Origin: an uncultured delta proteobacterium | Lineage (GTDB): Bacteria; Myxococcota_A; Polyangia; Polyangiales; JAFGIB01 | Reading direction: 5' to 3' | Assembly (NCBI GenBank): GCA_963778655.1 | Contig: CAVZVA010000010.1 | Span: forward strand, 1,696,001 to 1,760,000 | Length of the DNA: 64,000 nt | Part shown: piece by piece, positions 8,408-16,773 of the stretch | Layout: the number at the start of each line of letters is the position of its first letter | How positions within the stretch are numbered: position 1 is the first letter of the stretch | Notes under the pieces: generated by a model | Told to the model about the DNA's origin: nothing | Databases searched by the model: none | Seen by the model: only the letters and a program-made list of their open reading frames with translations | Position numbers and translations under genes: made by a program

Positions 8408-8710
8408 TCATCGGCCCGCCCAGCGCTCTGGACGGCGGCGCTGATGGGCAACGGCCACCACGAAGACGGCTCCAGCTTCGACGCGATAGATGAGCGCGTA
8501 CGGGAACGGACCCGTGAAGAGCTTCTGTCGATGCCGGCCGCGGACGACAGGCCAGCGCTCCGGAGCGCGCGCGACATGCTCGAGCTCGCGGATGACCGCT
8601 CGCTCGAACCGGACAACGAGGCGCGCACCGTGGTCCTGCGAGCGGTACCAGTCGGCTGCTCGCTGCAAATCCGCCGCGGCCTCCGGGTGCCATCGGAGCT
8701 CGGCCGGCAT
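8408..8710 (-). CDS. RelE/ParE family toxin
   Basis: WHPEAAADL..AADWY, FPYALIYRV, VVAVAHQRRRP. Confidence 0.9.
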   Translation of the reverse strand: MPAELRWHPEAAADLQRAADWYRSQDHGARLVVRFERAVIRELEHVARAPERWPVVRGRHRQKLFTGPFPYALIYRVEAGAVFVVAVAHQRRRPERWAGR

Positions 8711-8718
8711 CGCGAGGC

Positions 8719-8940
8719 TCAACGAGCGCCGAACACGCGCTGCCGCACTTCATCCCAGGGCAGGGTCTCGACCTCGCCGCGCTCGATCTGCCCCCAACGC
8801 CGCTCGGCCTCGCCGTACCAAGCCTGGAGTACGTCCGTGTCGATCGCCAGCTTGACGAGGAGCTGCCGCGCGAACTCGCGCCGATCGTCCTCGGGCAGCG
8901 CGAGCACTTCGTCCATCAATTCTTCGGCCTTGGCGCCCAT
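8719..8940 (-). CDS. Addiction module antitoxin component
   Basis: EVLALPEDDRREFARQLL...AWYGEAERRWGQIERGEVETLPWDEV; directly upstream of the RelE/ParE gene. Confidence 0.88.
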   Translation of the reverse strand: MGAKAEELMDEVLALPEDDRREFARQLLVKLAIDTDVLQAWYGEAERRWGQIERGEVETLPWDEVRQRVFGAR

Positions 8941-9129
8941 GCGGACGAATGTGCCACACAGCTCGGCCATGGTCGACGAGGCGCGACAACGGACACCTGG
9001 CCGGCATGGGAGCGACCTGTCCAAGTGGCTGTCCAAGACGCGACCTCGAGCGACGTTCGACACGATCGAACACGCAGAAACCCCGCGAAAACGCCATGGT
9101 CACGGCCGGTCCTGGCCGTGTGGAACGGT

Positions 9130-9185
9130 CTTGAAATCCGTTGAATCCGCGAGGATTCCAGGGGTTCGAATCCCTTCTCCTCCGC
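9130..9185 (+). repeat. att site (distal copy of the tRNA-Ser 3' part), 56 bp
   Basis: Identical to 3981-4036; begins at the 7-nt anticodon loop. Confidence 0.95.
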
Positions 9186-9216
9186 TCAAATATCGGAAGG
9201 GGCACGCGCGGCTCTT

Positions 9217-9270
9217 GTAACGGGGAGGGGCACGCGCCCCTCCCGCCCGACCCAGGGGTTCGCTCGCTCG
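9217..9270 (+). repeat. REP-like palindromic element (family A)
   Basis: GTAACGGGGAGGGGCACGCGCCCCTCCCGCCC hairpin, related to the copies at 11.2, 12.7, 33.3, 36.0 and 43.0 kb. Confidence 0.75.
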
Positions 9271-9313
9271 CGGACGGGGACCTGATCGAGCTTGCGGGCT
9301 GTTGGGTGGGCGC

Positions 9314-11041
9314 TCAGTGCGGCGGGTGCGTCTTGCGCGCCGGCCACAGGTCGCGCCGCATGAAGATCTGCAGCAGGCCGAAGCGTTCCGCGGGCATGTA
9401 GCGCTGCGCCAGCAGGCCCACCGCGTCCGGCACGTGCGTGCAGAAGTCCCGCATCCCGGAGCGCGGGAAGGTGAACGGCGCGTTGTCGAAGAACACGAAC
9501 GCGGCTGGCGGCGAGCGCTTCAGGCGCTCCGCCATGTCGCGCGCGTGCGCGGCCGTGAACGCCTTGGCGAAGTCGCGCGCGCTGCGCGAGCCCGAGACCT
9601 TGGCGATGCCCTCGAGCACGGCCTCGGGATTGAGATCGATGTCGTAGATGTACGGGGTGGCGCTGTGGCGCTGCGCCAGGGCCAGCAAGTACGGGTCCAT
9701 GCCGTAGGTCTGGATGCGCTCCTGCGGACGGGTGTAGCGTTGCAAGAAGTCCGCCGCTTGTTGCAGCGCCGAGGAGGGGAAGTCGCCGCGATCGAAGTGG
9801 CGCAGGTAGTGCTGCGACTTGCGCAATTTGGCTGTCGCGCCTTCCTTCGGGGCCCACTCCGCGCCCAGGCTCTGCGAATCGAGCAGCGCGCGCGAGCCCT
9901 GATATGCGAGCAGACAGGCCAGCCCGATCGACCACAACGAGAGCCCGCGTCGCTCGGGCTCGGCCGAGGCGTCGGCGCTGGTTCCGGTGTGACAGACCAG
10001 CACCACCGCGAGCAGGGCGGCGCCCGCCGTGACCGGATGCAGATGGTAGGGAAACGCCTTGTCCTGCAGCAGGTCGAGCGCGATCCCGAGCAAGGGAAAC
10101 AGCGCCACTCCGAGCAGCCGGCGCTTCATATTGCCGACCGCGATCAGGGCGAGCACGGCCAGCGCCAGCGCGATCGGCAGCGGGAACATCGCCGCGTGGC
10201 TTTCGGAGAGGATGTGCGAGACGCCGTGCGGCCAGATATAGACGTAGTAGCGCGGGTTCTCGAGCAGATATGAGCGCAGGAAGTCGGGGATGCTGGCAAA
10301 GATGCCGAGAAACACCAGCTGCGCGAGCGCGCCCAGCGCCATGCCGCCCCCGAACGCCAGCAGCTGGCCGCGCCGTGGCAGTGCGAGCCCGCGCTCGCTG
10401 ATGGCGATCAGGAAGAGCTGCATCAGCGTGTAGAGCGCGCAGGTGGGCTTGCCGAACCAGGGCGTCACGCTGAGCGCGCCGGCGGCCAGCATGAACGCGC
10501 CCGCCCGCCGCGGCGACACGCTGCTGCGTGCGCGCAGGTCGCAGCCGAGCGCGGCGAGCATGAACCAGTCGTAGAAGCTCTCGCGCTGGGTGAGGTCCCA
10601 AAACGAGTAGTACGACACGTACTGCGCGAGCAGCGCGGCGCAGCCCGCCGCCGCCCACAGCAGCCGTTCCAGGTGCGGGCGCGGCTGCGGCCGCGTTCCG
10701 AGCGAGGCCGGCAGCGAGGCGGCCACGAACGCGAACACCAGGGCCGAGACCGCCAGGTCGAACGAGCGCAGCACGTGCGCGTCGAAGCCGCCGAACAGCG
10801 CGGCCAGCAGGTGGATCTCGTGAACGACCGGCCCGTTGATCTCGCGCAGGTCGCGATAGAGCTTGTCGCCGTGCGCGATCGACCAGGCCGTGCCCTGGAA
10901 GATGCCCTGATCGCGGCCGAGCCCGAGGTAGCTCGCGCGGCGCACCGCGAGCACCAGCCACAGCAGCGGGCCCAGCGCAACGATCAGCGCCGCCACGGGT
11001 GAAGCGCCGATGCGCGCACGCGGTCTGTCTGAGCCGCTCAC
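9314..11041 (-). CDS. Polytopic membrane protein, possible GT-C (ArnT/PMT-like) glycosyltransferase
   Basis: Many TM segments; RDQGIF...G..LYRD...NGP after the first TM; soluble C-terminal domain. Confidence 0.6.
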   Translation of the reverse strand: MSGSDRPRARIGASPVAALIVALGPLLWLVLAVRRASYLGLGRDQGIFQGTAWSIAHGDKLYRDLREINGPVVHEIHLLAALFGGFDAHVLRSFDLAVSALVFAFVAASLPASLGTRPQPRPHLERLLWAAAGCAALLAQYVSYYSFWDLTQRESFYDWFMLAALGCDLRARSSVSPRRAGAFMLAAGALSVTPWFGKPTCALYTLMQLFLIAISERGLALPRRGQLLAFGGGMALGALAQLVFLGIFASIPDFLRSYLLENPRYYVYIWPHGVSHILSESHAAMFPLPIALALAVLALIAVGNMKRRLLGVALFPLLGIALDLLQDKAFPYHLHPVTAGAALLAVVLVCHTGTSADASAEPERRGLSLWSIGLACLLAYQGSRALLDSQSLGAEWAPKEGATAKLRKSQHYLRHFDRGDFPSSALQQAADFLQRYTRPQERIQTYGMDPYLLALAQRHSATPYIYDIDLNPEAVLEGIAKVSGSRSARDFAKAFTAAHARDMAERLKRSPPAAFVFFDNAPFTFPRSGMRDFCTHVPDAVGLLAQRYMPAERFGLLQIFMRRDLWPARKTHPPH

Positions 11042-11139
11042 CAGGCGCGGAGGCTAGAGCGCATTGCCCGACCCCGCAACGTCCCGGCGTGCGCACGCAG
11101 CTGCAAGCTTCACCTGCGCCGACGCGCGGCCCAATCACG

Positions 11140-11229
11140 AGGGAGCGCAGCGCCCGCGCCGGTGGGTGGGCCCGTTGGGCCTTGCCCAACGCCCAGCGGG
11201 CGGGAGGGTCGCGTGAGCCTCCCGGTCAC
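11140..11229 (-). repeat. REP-like palindromic element (family A)
   Basis: Reverse strand reads GTGACCGGGAGGCTCACGCGACCCTCCCGCCC... Confidence 0.75.
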
Positions 11230-12614
11230 TCACCCTTATCGAGGATCAGCCGGAAGAAGTCTTCGTCGTCGTCCTGCGCGCGCTCGCCGGGGCGGTGCAA
11301 GGGAAGCTTGGTCACCACCAGCAGCACCGCCTCGGTCTGTGGCGAGAGCTCGACCGGCAGGAAGCTGTCCGGCAGCCGCCGGGGGGGCGCTTCCATCCGG
11401 CCCAGCTCGCGCCCCTGCGTGTCGAGTCGCACAGCCTGCAGCGACCAGCGCACGCCGCGCTCGCCGCGCAGCCACACCAGCAAGCGCTGTCCGCTGCGCG
11501 CGCCGCGCGTGTCGACCCGCGTGTAGGCGCTGCCGTAGGTCGCCAGGCCGGGTGCGGACACCGGCAGGTGCGCGGGCAGCGCAGCCAGGGCGGGTCCCCG
11601 CGCGACCGGCACCGCGGCCTGCGCGGGGAGGGCGGGCAGCGCGCCGCCCGTCTGGCGCCCCGGGGCGAAGTAACGCGCTACCGCTAGCTCCTCGACAGCC
11701 TGGTCCAGGGTCTCGCCCGCCTTGTCGAGCGCCGCGCTCAGCGCTTGCCACAGGCTCGGCTCCGCGTGCAGCGCGCTCGGGCGCTCGCTGTGCTGGCGCG
11801 CGATTTCCCACAGCTCCTGCACGAAACGTCCGCTGCCGCCGTCGTGGCGTCGCGAGAGCATGGACAGCAGCAGCCCAAGACCCGCGGTCTGAGGCTCTGC
11901 GTCTCCGACCAGCCCCAGCGCGGGCGCTGCCTGGCTATCCATCACCGCGTCCTCGCAGCCGAGCTCCCCCCGGGCCAGCCAGACGATGAACGCGGCAGTC
12001 GCCCGCCGCGCGGACTCGGGCTCGGCCGGATCCCGGCCGAAGAGCGCGGCCTGCGCCAGCGCGTCGAGCGCGCAGCGCGGCAGCGCCGACGGCGGCAGCG
12101 CCGCGTCCAGCAGCGCGAAGCTGCTGGCGGCATCGAATGCGGTGAAGCCGAGCAGCGCGTCGGCTCCCGCGCTCGCGGCACGCGCCGCCCCGGGCACCAG
12201 GTAGAGGTCGAAATCGAGGCTGCCGCCGCGGCCGCCGTCGGGGTAGGGCAGCGGCCAACCGTCGGCGTAGAGCCAGTCGCAGGCGCCTTCGAGCGCACGC
12301 AGCGCGGCCGCCAGCCGCCGCCACGGCACGCCCGGCGGCGCGTGCACGGCAAGCGGCCAGCGAGCCGAGCGCAGCGTGCGTTGCGGGCCGGCGGGCCGCG
12401 GCGGTCCGCCCGCGAACGCGATGGTCGGACCGCGGTAGCGGGCGGGCGTGTACGCGATCAGCGAGGCCCAGGCCTGGAACGGGTTGTCGTCGGCGCGGAC
12501 GCGGCCTGCAACCCCCGCGGCAACGGCTGCGCACGCGAGCAGGATTGCAGCCGCCGTCGCCGGCACGTGTCGGCGGGCGGCCTGCGCTGTGCGCGAACGG
12601 CGTAGATTTGACAC
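11226..12614 (-). CDS. Secreted hypothetical protein, metallopeptidase-like scaffold without HExxH
   Basis: Signal-peptide-like N-terminus; PLPYPDGGRGGSLDFDLYL motif; start uncertain. Confidence 0.6.
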   Translation of the reverse strand: MSNLRRSRTAQAARRHVPATAAAILLACAAVAAGVAGRVRADDNPFQAWASLIAYTPARYRGPTIAFAGGPPRPAGPQRTLRSARWPLAVHAPPGVPWRRLAAALRALEGACDWLYADGWPLPYPDGGRGGSLDFDLYLVPGAARAASAGADALLGFTAFDAASSFALLDAALPPSALPRCALDALAQAALFGRDPAEPESARRATAAFIVWLARGELGCEDAVMDSQAAPALGLVGDAEPQTAGLGLLLSMLSRRHDGGSGRFVQELWEIARQHSERPSALHAEPSLWQALSAALDKAGETLDQAVEELAVARYFAPGRQTGGALPALPAQAAVPVARGPALAALPAHLPVSAPGLATYGSAYTRVDTRGARSGQRLLVWLRGERGVRWSLQAVRLDTQGRELGRMEAPPRRLPDSFLPVELSPQTEAVLLVVTKLPLHRPGERAQDDDEDFFRLILDKGE

Positions 12615-12666
12615 GGCGGCGCTCCAGCCCTTAAACCATTCCCGAAAGCTTCGTGACAGAGAACCG

Positions 12667-12720
12667 GTTATCGGGAGCGTCATGCGACCCTCCCGCCCGT
12701 CGGCCAAGGCCCGGCCTCAG
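12667..12720 (+). repeat. REP-like palindromic element (family A), degenerate
   Basis: GTTATCGGGAGCGTCATGCGACCCTCCCGCCC. Confidence 0.65.
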
Positions 12721-12743
12721 GGCCGCACTCCGCGGACAGTTGC

Positions 12744-13292
12744 ATGACAGAGCCTAGCTTCGATCCCGGTGGTTTCTTCCAATTCGATCTCGCGCAGGGC
12801 AGTGTGCGCTCGCGGGGCGGCGGTCGCGTGTTGTTGGTCTCGGAGAGCGTGCTCGCCCCGCTGATCAACACCGCGGTGTCGCAAGGCGATCTCACCGCGG
12901 TGCGCAGCCTCGGCAGCCAGCTCGGCACGATGGTGGCCGGCTCGCTCGGCGCCGCGGCCAACGGGCTCGCGCCGGAGCAGGTCGTGGGGCACGCCGGCGC
13001 GGTGATGTCGCTGTTCGGCTGGGGCCGGCTGCGCCTGGAGCAATGGGGCGACGTGCTGGTGCTGCACGTGGAGGGTTTGCCGCCGCTCGACGAGGACAAC
13101 CTCGCGGTGGCGGCGCTGCTCGGCGGGCTGTTCTCGACGCTGTGCTCGACCGAGGTCGCTTGCGTGCCGATCGCGCGCACGGCCAAGTACATGATGGTGG
13201 ACCCGCGCATCGCCGAGCAGGTCTGGACCTGGTCCAAGGAAGGCGAGAGCTTGGCTTCGATCAGCTCCAAGCTGGCGGCACCCCAACGATGA
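12744..13292 (+). CDS. Hypothetical protein, V4R/XylR-N-like fold suspected
   Basis: FDLAQGSV...RVLLV, LFGWGRL and ALLGGLFS pattern. Confidence 0.55.
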   Translation: MTEPSFDPGGFFQFDLAQGSVRSRGGGRVLLVSESVLAPLINTAVSQGDLTAVRSLGSQLGTMVAGSLGAAANGLAPEQVVGHAGAVMSLFGWGRLRLEQWGDVLVLHVEGLPPLDEDNLAVAALLGGLFSTLCSTEVACVPIARTAKYMMVDPRIAEQVWTWSKEGESLASISSKLAAPQR

Positions 13293-13747
13293 GCACACAA
13301 GTCGAACGCCTCGAGAGCCTGTTGCAGCGCGTCGGGCACAACCGCACCAAGCCGCGCGGCGAGCCGGGGGCGCCGCCCGCGTCGATCGCGCAAGCGGTCG
13401 CGGCCCCGCTGCCCGAGCCATCACCGCCTGCGCCGATCGCGCCTGCACCCGCCGCGCCCGCCCCTGTGCGGCGCCCGGCCCCGACGCCCCTGGAAGAGGC
13501 GCTGGAGGCCGGTCACGGCCGCGGCGCCCGCGCGCCGCAGCCGTTCGCGCCGCCCGTCGATCGCGTGCCGGTCGCGGTGGAGGCGTACGCACCGTCGGCG
13601 CGGGCGCCGGAGTCGGTGGTGCTGGTCGATCCCCCGCTGCCGCAGCCCTCGCGGCCGATCGCGCACGCCGTGAGCAAGGCTCCGCCCGCGGTCGCGCCCA
13701 GCTTCGGGGAGCTGCTGCGCCGCTCGCTGGCGGCCAAGCCGCACTGA
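13289..13747 (+). CDS. Pro/Ala-rich hypothetical protein
   Basis: ATGA overlap with the upstream stop; MSTQVERLESLLQRV...SFGELLRRSL. Confidence 0.6.
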   Translation: MSTQVERLESLLQRVGHNRTKPRGEPGAPPASIAQAVAAPLPEPSPPAPIAPAPAAPAPVRRPAPTPLEEALEAGHGRGARAPQPFAPPVDRVPVAVEAYAPSARAPESVVLVDPPLPQPSRPIAHAVSKAPPAVAPSFGELLRRSLAAKPH

Positions 13748-13796
13748 TCGGGCGGTTTCGGCCCCAGCCCGCGTTCGATCTGGCAGGATCCCCACC

Positions 13797-14561
13797 ATGC
13801 TGCTCACGATCGACGTCGGCAACACCAACACCGTGCTCGGCCTGTACGAAGGGCCCAAGCTGATCCACCACTTCCGCATCCAGAGCGAGCGCGGCCGGAC
13901 CGAGGACGAGACGCACGTGTTGTTGGCCACGCTGCTCAACGTGGTCGGGCTCGAGCCCGAGGACGTCGACAGCAGCATCCTGGCCTCGGTGGTGCCGCCG
14001 CTGACCGAGCGCGTGGTGCGCGCAGTGCGCCGCGCGTTCGGGCACGAGCCGGTGGTGGTCGGCCCCGGGATCAAGACCGGCATGCCGATCCTGGTCGAGA
14101 ACCCGAAGGAAGTGGGCGCCGACCGCATCGTCAACGCGATCGCGGCCTACGAGCGCGTGCGCGGCGGGGTGATCGTGGTGGACTTCGGCACCGCGACCAC
14201 CTTCGATTGCGTGAGCAACCGCGGCGAGTACCTGGGCGGCGCGATCGCGCCGGGGATCTCGCTGGCCGCCGAGGCGCTGTTCGCCCGCGCTGCGCGCCTG
14301 CCCAAGACGGAGATTGCCAAGCCTCCCCACGTGCTGGGACGCAACACGGTGCAGACCATGCAGTCGGGGCTGGTGTACGGCTACGCCTGCATGGTCGACG
14401 GCATGGTGGCACGGCTGACAGCCGAGATGGGCTACCCGTGCGCGTGTCTCGCCACGGGCGGCGAGGCAGCGCTGATCGAGAGCGAGTCGAGCGCGATCCA
14501 GGAGGTCGACGAGCACCTCACGCTCGATGGCCTGCGCATCCTTTACGCGCGGCAACGTTGA
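13797..14561 (+). CDS. coaX: Type III pantothenate kinase
   Basis: IDVGNTNT, VGADRIVN, VVDFGTATTFD, GGAIAPG. Confidence 0.95.
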   Translation: MLLTIDVGNTNTVLGLYEGPKLIHHFRIQSERGRTEDETHVLLATLLNVVGLEPEDVDSSILASVVPPLTERVVRAVRRAFGHEPVVVGPGIKTGMPILVENPKEVGADRIVNAIAAYERVRGGVIVVDFGTATTFDCVSNRGEYLGGAIAPGISLAAEALFARAARLPKTEIAKPPHVLGRNTVQTMQSGLVYGYACMVDGMVARLTAEMGYPCACLATGGEAALIESESSAIQEVDEHLTLDGLRILYARQR

Positions 14562-15295
14562 TGACGCACTTCTTTCAAGTCGTGCTCCGTACCAGCGATG
14601 TCGATGCCGCAGCCGCGTTCTATGCGCGCGTGCTCGGCATGAACAAGCTTCCCGTCGTGCAGCTGCATGCCCAAGCGGTGGCGCGCGGCGCGCGGCCGCA
14701 CTGGCTCGGCTTCCTCGAGGTGAACCAGGTGGAGCGCGCGGCGGCTTCATTCGCGCAACGCGGCGCGATGCCGCTCGCTCCGGTCTGGGTCAACCCCGAG
14801 GGGCTGCAGGCGGCGGTGATGCGCGACCCCGGAGGCGCCGTGGTGGCGCTGGCCAAGCCGCCGGCGGGTGCCCGGCCCGCGGGCGCAGCGAGCAGCGAAG
14901 GCGCGGGGCCGGAGGTGCTCTGGTACGAGCTCAATACGGCCGACGTCGAGCGCGCCAAGGTCAATTACCAGGAGCAGCTCGGGTTGGATTTCAAGCCAGC
15001 GTTGGATCTCGGCGGCTTTGGCGTCTTTCACCCGTTCGCATGGCAGCCCGGCGGCGAGGCGGTCGGCTCGTTCGGCGACATCGCCGGGCGCCCGGGCGTC
15101 CACCCGCACTGGCTATTTCACTTTGGCGTGGCCCAGCTCGGGCGCGCTTTGGACGCGGTTCGTGCGGGCGCCGGCAAGGTGGCCGCCGAGCTCACGCTGC
15201 CGAGCGGCGCGCGCATCGCCGTGTGCGACGATCCGCAAGGCGCAGCCTTCGCCCTGCGCGAGCGGCCCGCGCGCTCCGGGGACTCCAGGCTCTAG
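14561..15295 (+). CDS. VOC/glyoxalase family protein (two domains)
   Basis: LRTSDVDAAAAFY, DPGGAV, WYELNTADV, DPQGAAFAL. Confidence 0.85.
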   Translation: MTHFFQVVLRTSDVDAAAAFYARVLGMNKLPVVQLHAQAVARGARPHWLGFLEVNQVERAAASFAQRGAMPLAPVWVNPEGLQAAVMRDPGGAVVALAKPPAGARPAGAASSEGAGPEVLWYELNTADVERAKVNYQEQLGLDFKPALDLGGFGVFHPFAWQPGGEAVGSFGDIAGRPGVHPHWLFHFGVAQLGRALDAVRAGAGKVAAELTLPSGARIAVCDDPQGAAFALRERPARSGDSRL

Positions 15296-15308
15296 CCGTT
15301 TCGCGCCG

Positions 15309-15617
15309 TCAGCCCGCGTAGACGTCGCGGATCGACGCGTCTCTGGCGAATTGCGCGAGCGCGTACGGACAGGTGGCCATCACGCGCGTCTTGGTGTCCC
15401 GGGCCCAGGCGACCAGCGTATCGAGCAGCTTGCGCGAGACGCCGAGACCGCGCAGCGCGTCGTGTACCCCGGTGTGATCGATGATGATCAGCGTGTCGTC
15501 GACGCGCGTATAGGTCATCTCCGCGAGACGCACGCCGTCCTTCGCGACGAAGAACGCGCCGCGGCCGTCTGCTTCCTCGTACGCAATCGCGATCGGCGGC
15601 TTTGCAGGGGGCTCCAC
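15309..15617 (-). CDS. GNAT acetyltransferase (YjdJ-like)
   Basis: AEMTY..IIIDHTGVHDALRGLGV...ATCPYA. Confidence 0.88.
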   Translation of the reverse strand: MEPPAKPPIAIAYEEADGRGAFFVAKDGVRLAEMTYTRVDDTLIIIDHTGVHDALRGLGVSRKLLDTLVAWARDTKTRVMATCPYALAQFARDASIRDVYAG

Positions 15618-15627
15618 GCCGCACCGC

Positions 15628-16773
15628 TCAGTCCTTGGGCAGCCCGAGGATGCGCTCCGCGATGATGTTCTTCTGGATGTTCGGCGTGCCGCCGCCGATC
15701 ACCGTCTCGGGCCAGCCGAGCGCCGCGCGCTGCCACTTGCCGGCTTGCACGGCCTCGCTGCTCCCGGCCGCGTACACGCTGGCCAGTCCCTGCAGCTCGA
15801 GCGCGAAGTCCCCCATCGCGACCTCGAGCGCTGCGCGGTGCAGCTTGTTGATCGAGGTCTCGCTCGAGAGCGGCCTGCCCTTGAGCTGCGCGGTGAGAAA
15901 GCGCAGGCCGTTGAGCCGCATGCCTTCGATCTGGGTTTCCATCGCGGCCAGCGTGCGGCGTACCGAGGGCTCGTCGCTGGCGGGCCTGCCCTCGCGCGAG
16001 CTGGCGCGCGCCAGCTCCTTGAGCTCCTCCAGCCGGCGCACCAGCGCCGTCACCTCCGAGATGCTCGAGCGCTCGTTGGCCAGCGCGCCGACCGTCACCT
16101 GCCAGCCCTGGCCCTCGGCGCCCAGGCGCTGCTCCACGGGCACGCGCACGTCGTTGAAGAACACCTCGGCGAACAGCCGCCCGCCGCTCATGTCCGTGAT
16201 CGGGCGCACCTCGAGCCCGGGGCTCTTCATGTGCACGAGCAGGCAGGTGATGCCGTGGTGCTTGCCCTGGTCACCCGGCGGCGCCGTGCGCACGAGCAGG
16301 ATCATCCAGCTGGCCACCGGCGCGAGCGAGGTCCAGATCTTCTGCCCGTTGACCACGTAGCTGTCGCCCTCGCGCACCGCCTTGCACTGCAACGACGCCA
16401 GGTCGCTGCCGGTGCCCGGCTCGGAGTAGCCGGTGCACCACTGGTACTTGCTGTCGAGGATGTCGGGGATGAAGCGCTGCTTCTGCGCCTGCGTGCCGTG
16501 CTCGATCAGCGCGGGGCCGACCCAGGCCAGGCCCATGAAGCAGGTGCCGAGCGGCGGCGCCTTGCGACTCGCCATCTCCTCCTTGAGGATCACCTGCTGC
16601 ATCAGCGTGCCGCCGCCGCCGCCGACCTCCTTCGGCCAGGCGAAGCCGACCCAGCGCTTCTCGCGCACCCTGCGCAGCCAGGCCGCCATGTCGGTCACCG
16701 GCAAGTTCTGGTCCAGGAAGGCGCGCACCTCGTCGCGAAACGCACGCTCGTCGGGGCTCAAGTCGAAGTCCAT
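15628..16773 (-). CDS. Acyl-CoA dehydrogenase (catalytic-type subunit)
   Basis: MDFDLSPDERAFRDEVR, WCTGYSEPGTGSDLASL, VNGQKIWTS, IGGGTPNIQKNIIAER. Confidence 0.92.
   Translation of the reverse strand: MDFDLSPDERAFRDEVRAFLDQNLPVTDMAAWLRRVREKRWVGFAWPKEVGGGGGTLMQQVILKEEMASRKAPPLGTCFMGLAWVGPALIEHGTQAQKQRFIPDILDSKYQWCTGYSEPGTGSDLASLQCKAVREGDSYVVNGQKIWTSLAPVASWMILLVRTAPPGDQGKHHGITCLLVHMKSPGLEVRPITDMSGGRLFAEVFFNDVRVPVEQRLGAEGQGWQVTVGALANERSSISEVTALVRRLEELKELARASSREGRPASDEPSVRRTLAAMETQIEGMRLNGLRFLTAQLKGRPLSSETSINKLHRAALEVAMGDFALELQGLASVYAAGSSEAVQAGKWQRAALGWPETVIGGGTPNIQKNIIAERILGLPKD

Larger units (their letters stand above)
3981..9185. mobile_element. Degenerate integrative element (ICE/IME remnant) inserted in tRNA-Ser, about 5.15 kb
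   Basis: 56-bp perfect direct repeats at both ends; TA pairs, traM, traL tail and Xis-like gene; visibly lower GC than the flanks; no intact integrase. Confidence 0.9.

Noticed and set aside
9130..9185. Second tRNA-Ser gene
   Set aside because: Only the 3' part from the anticodon loop is present; no 5' acceptor strand or D arm, so it is an att duplication
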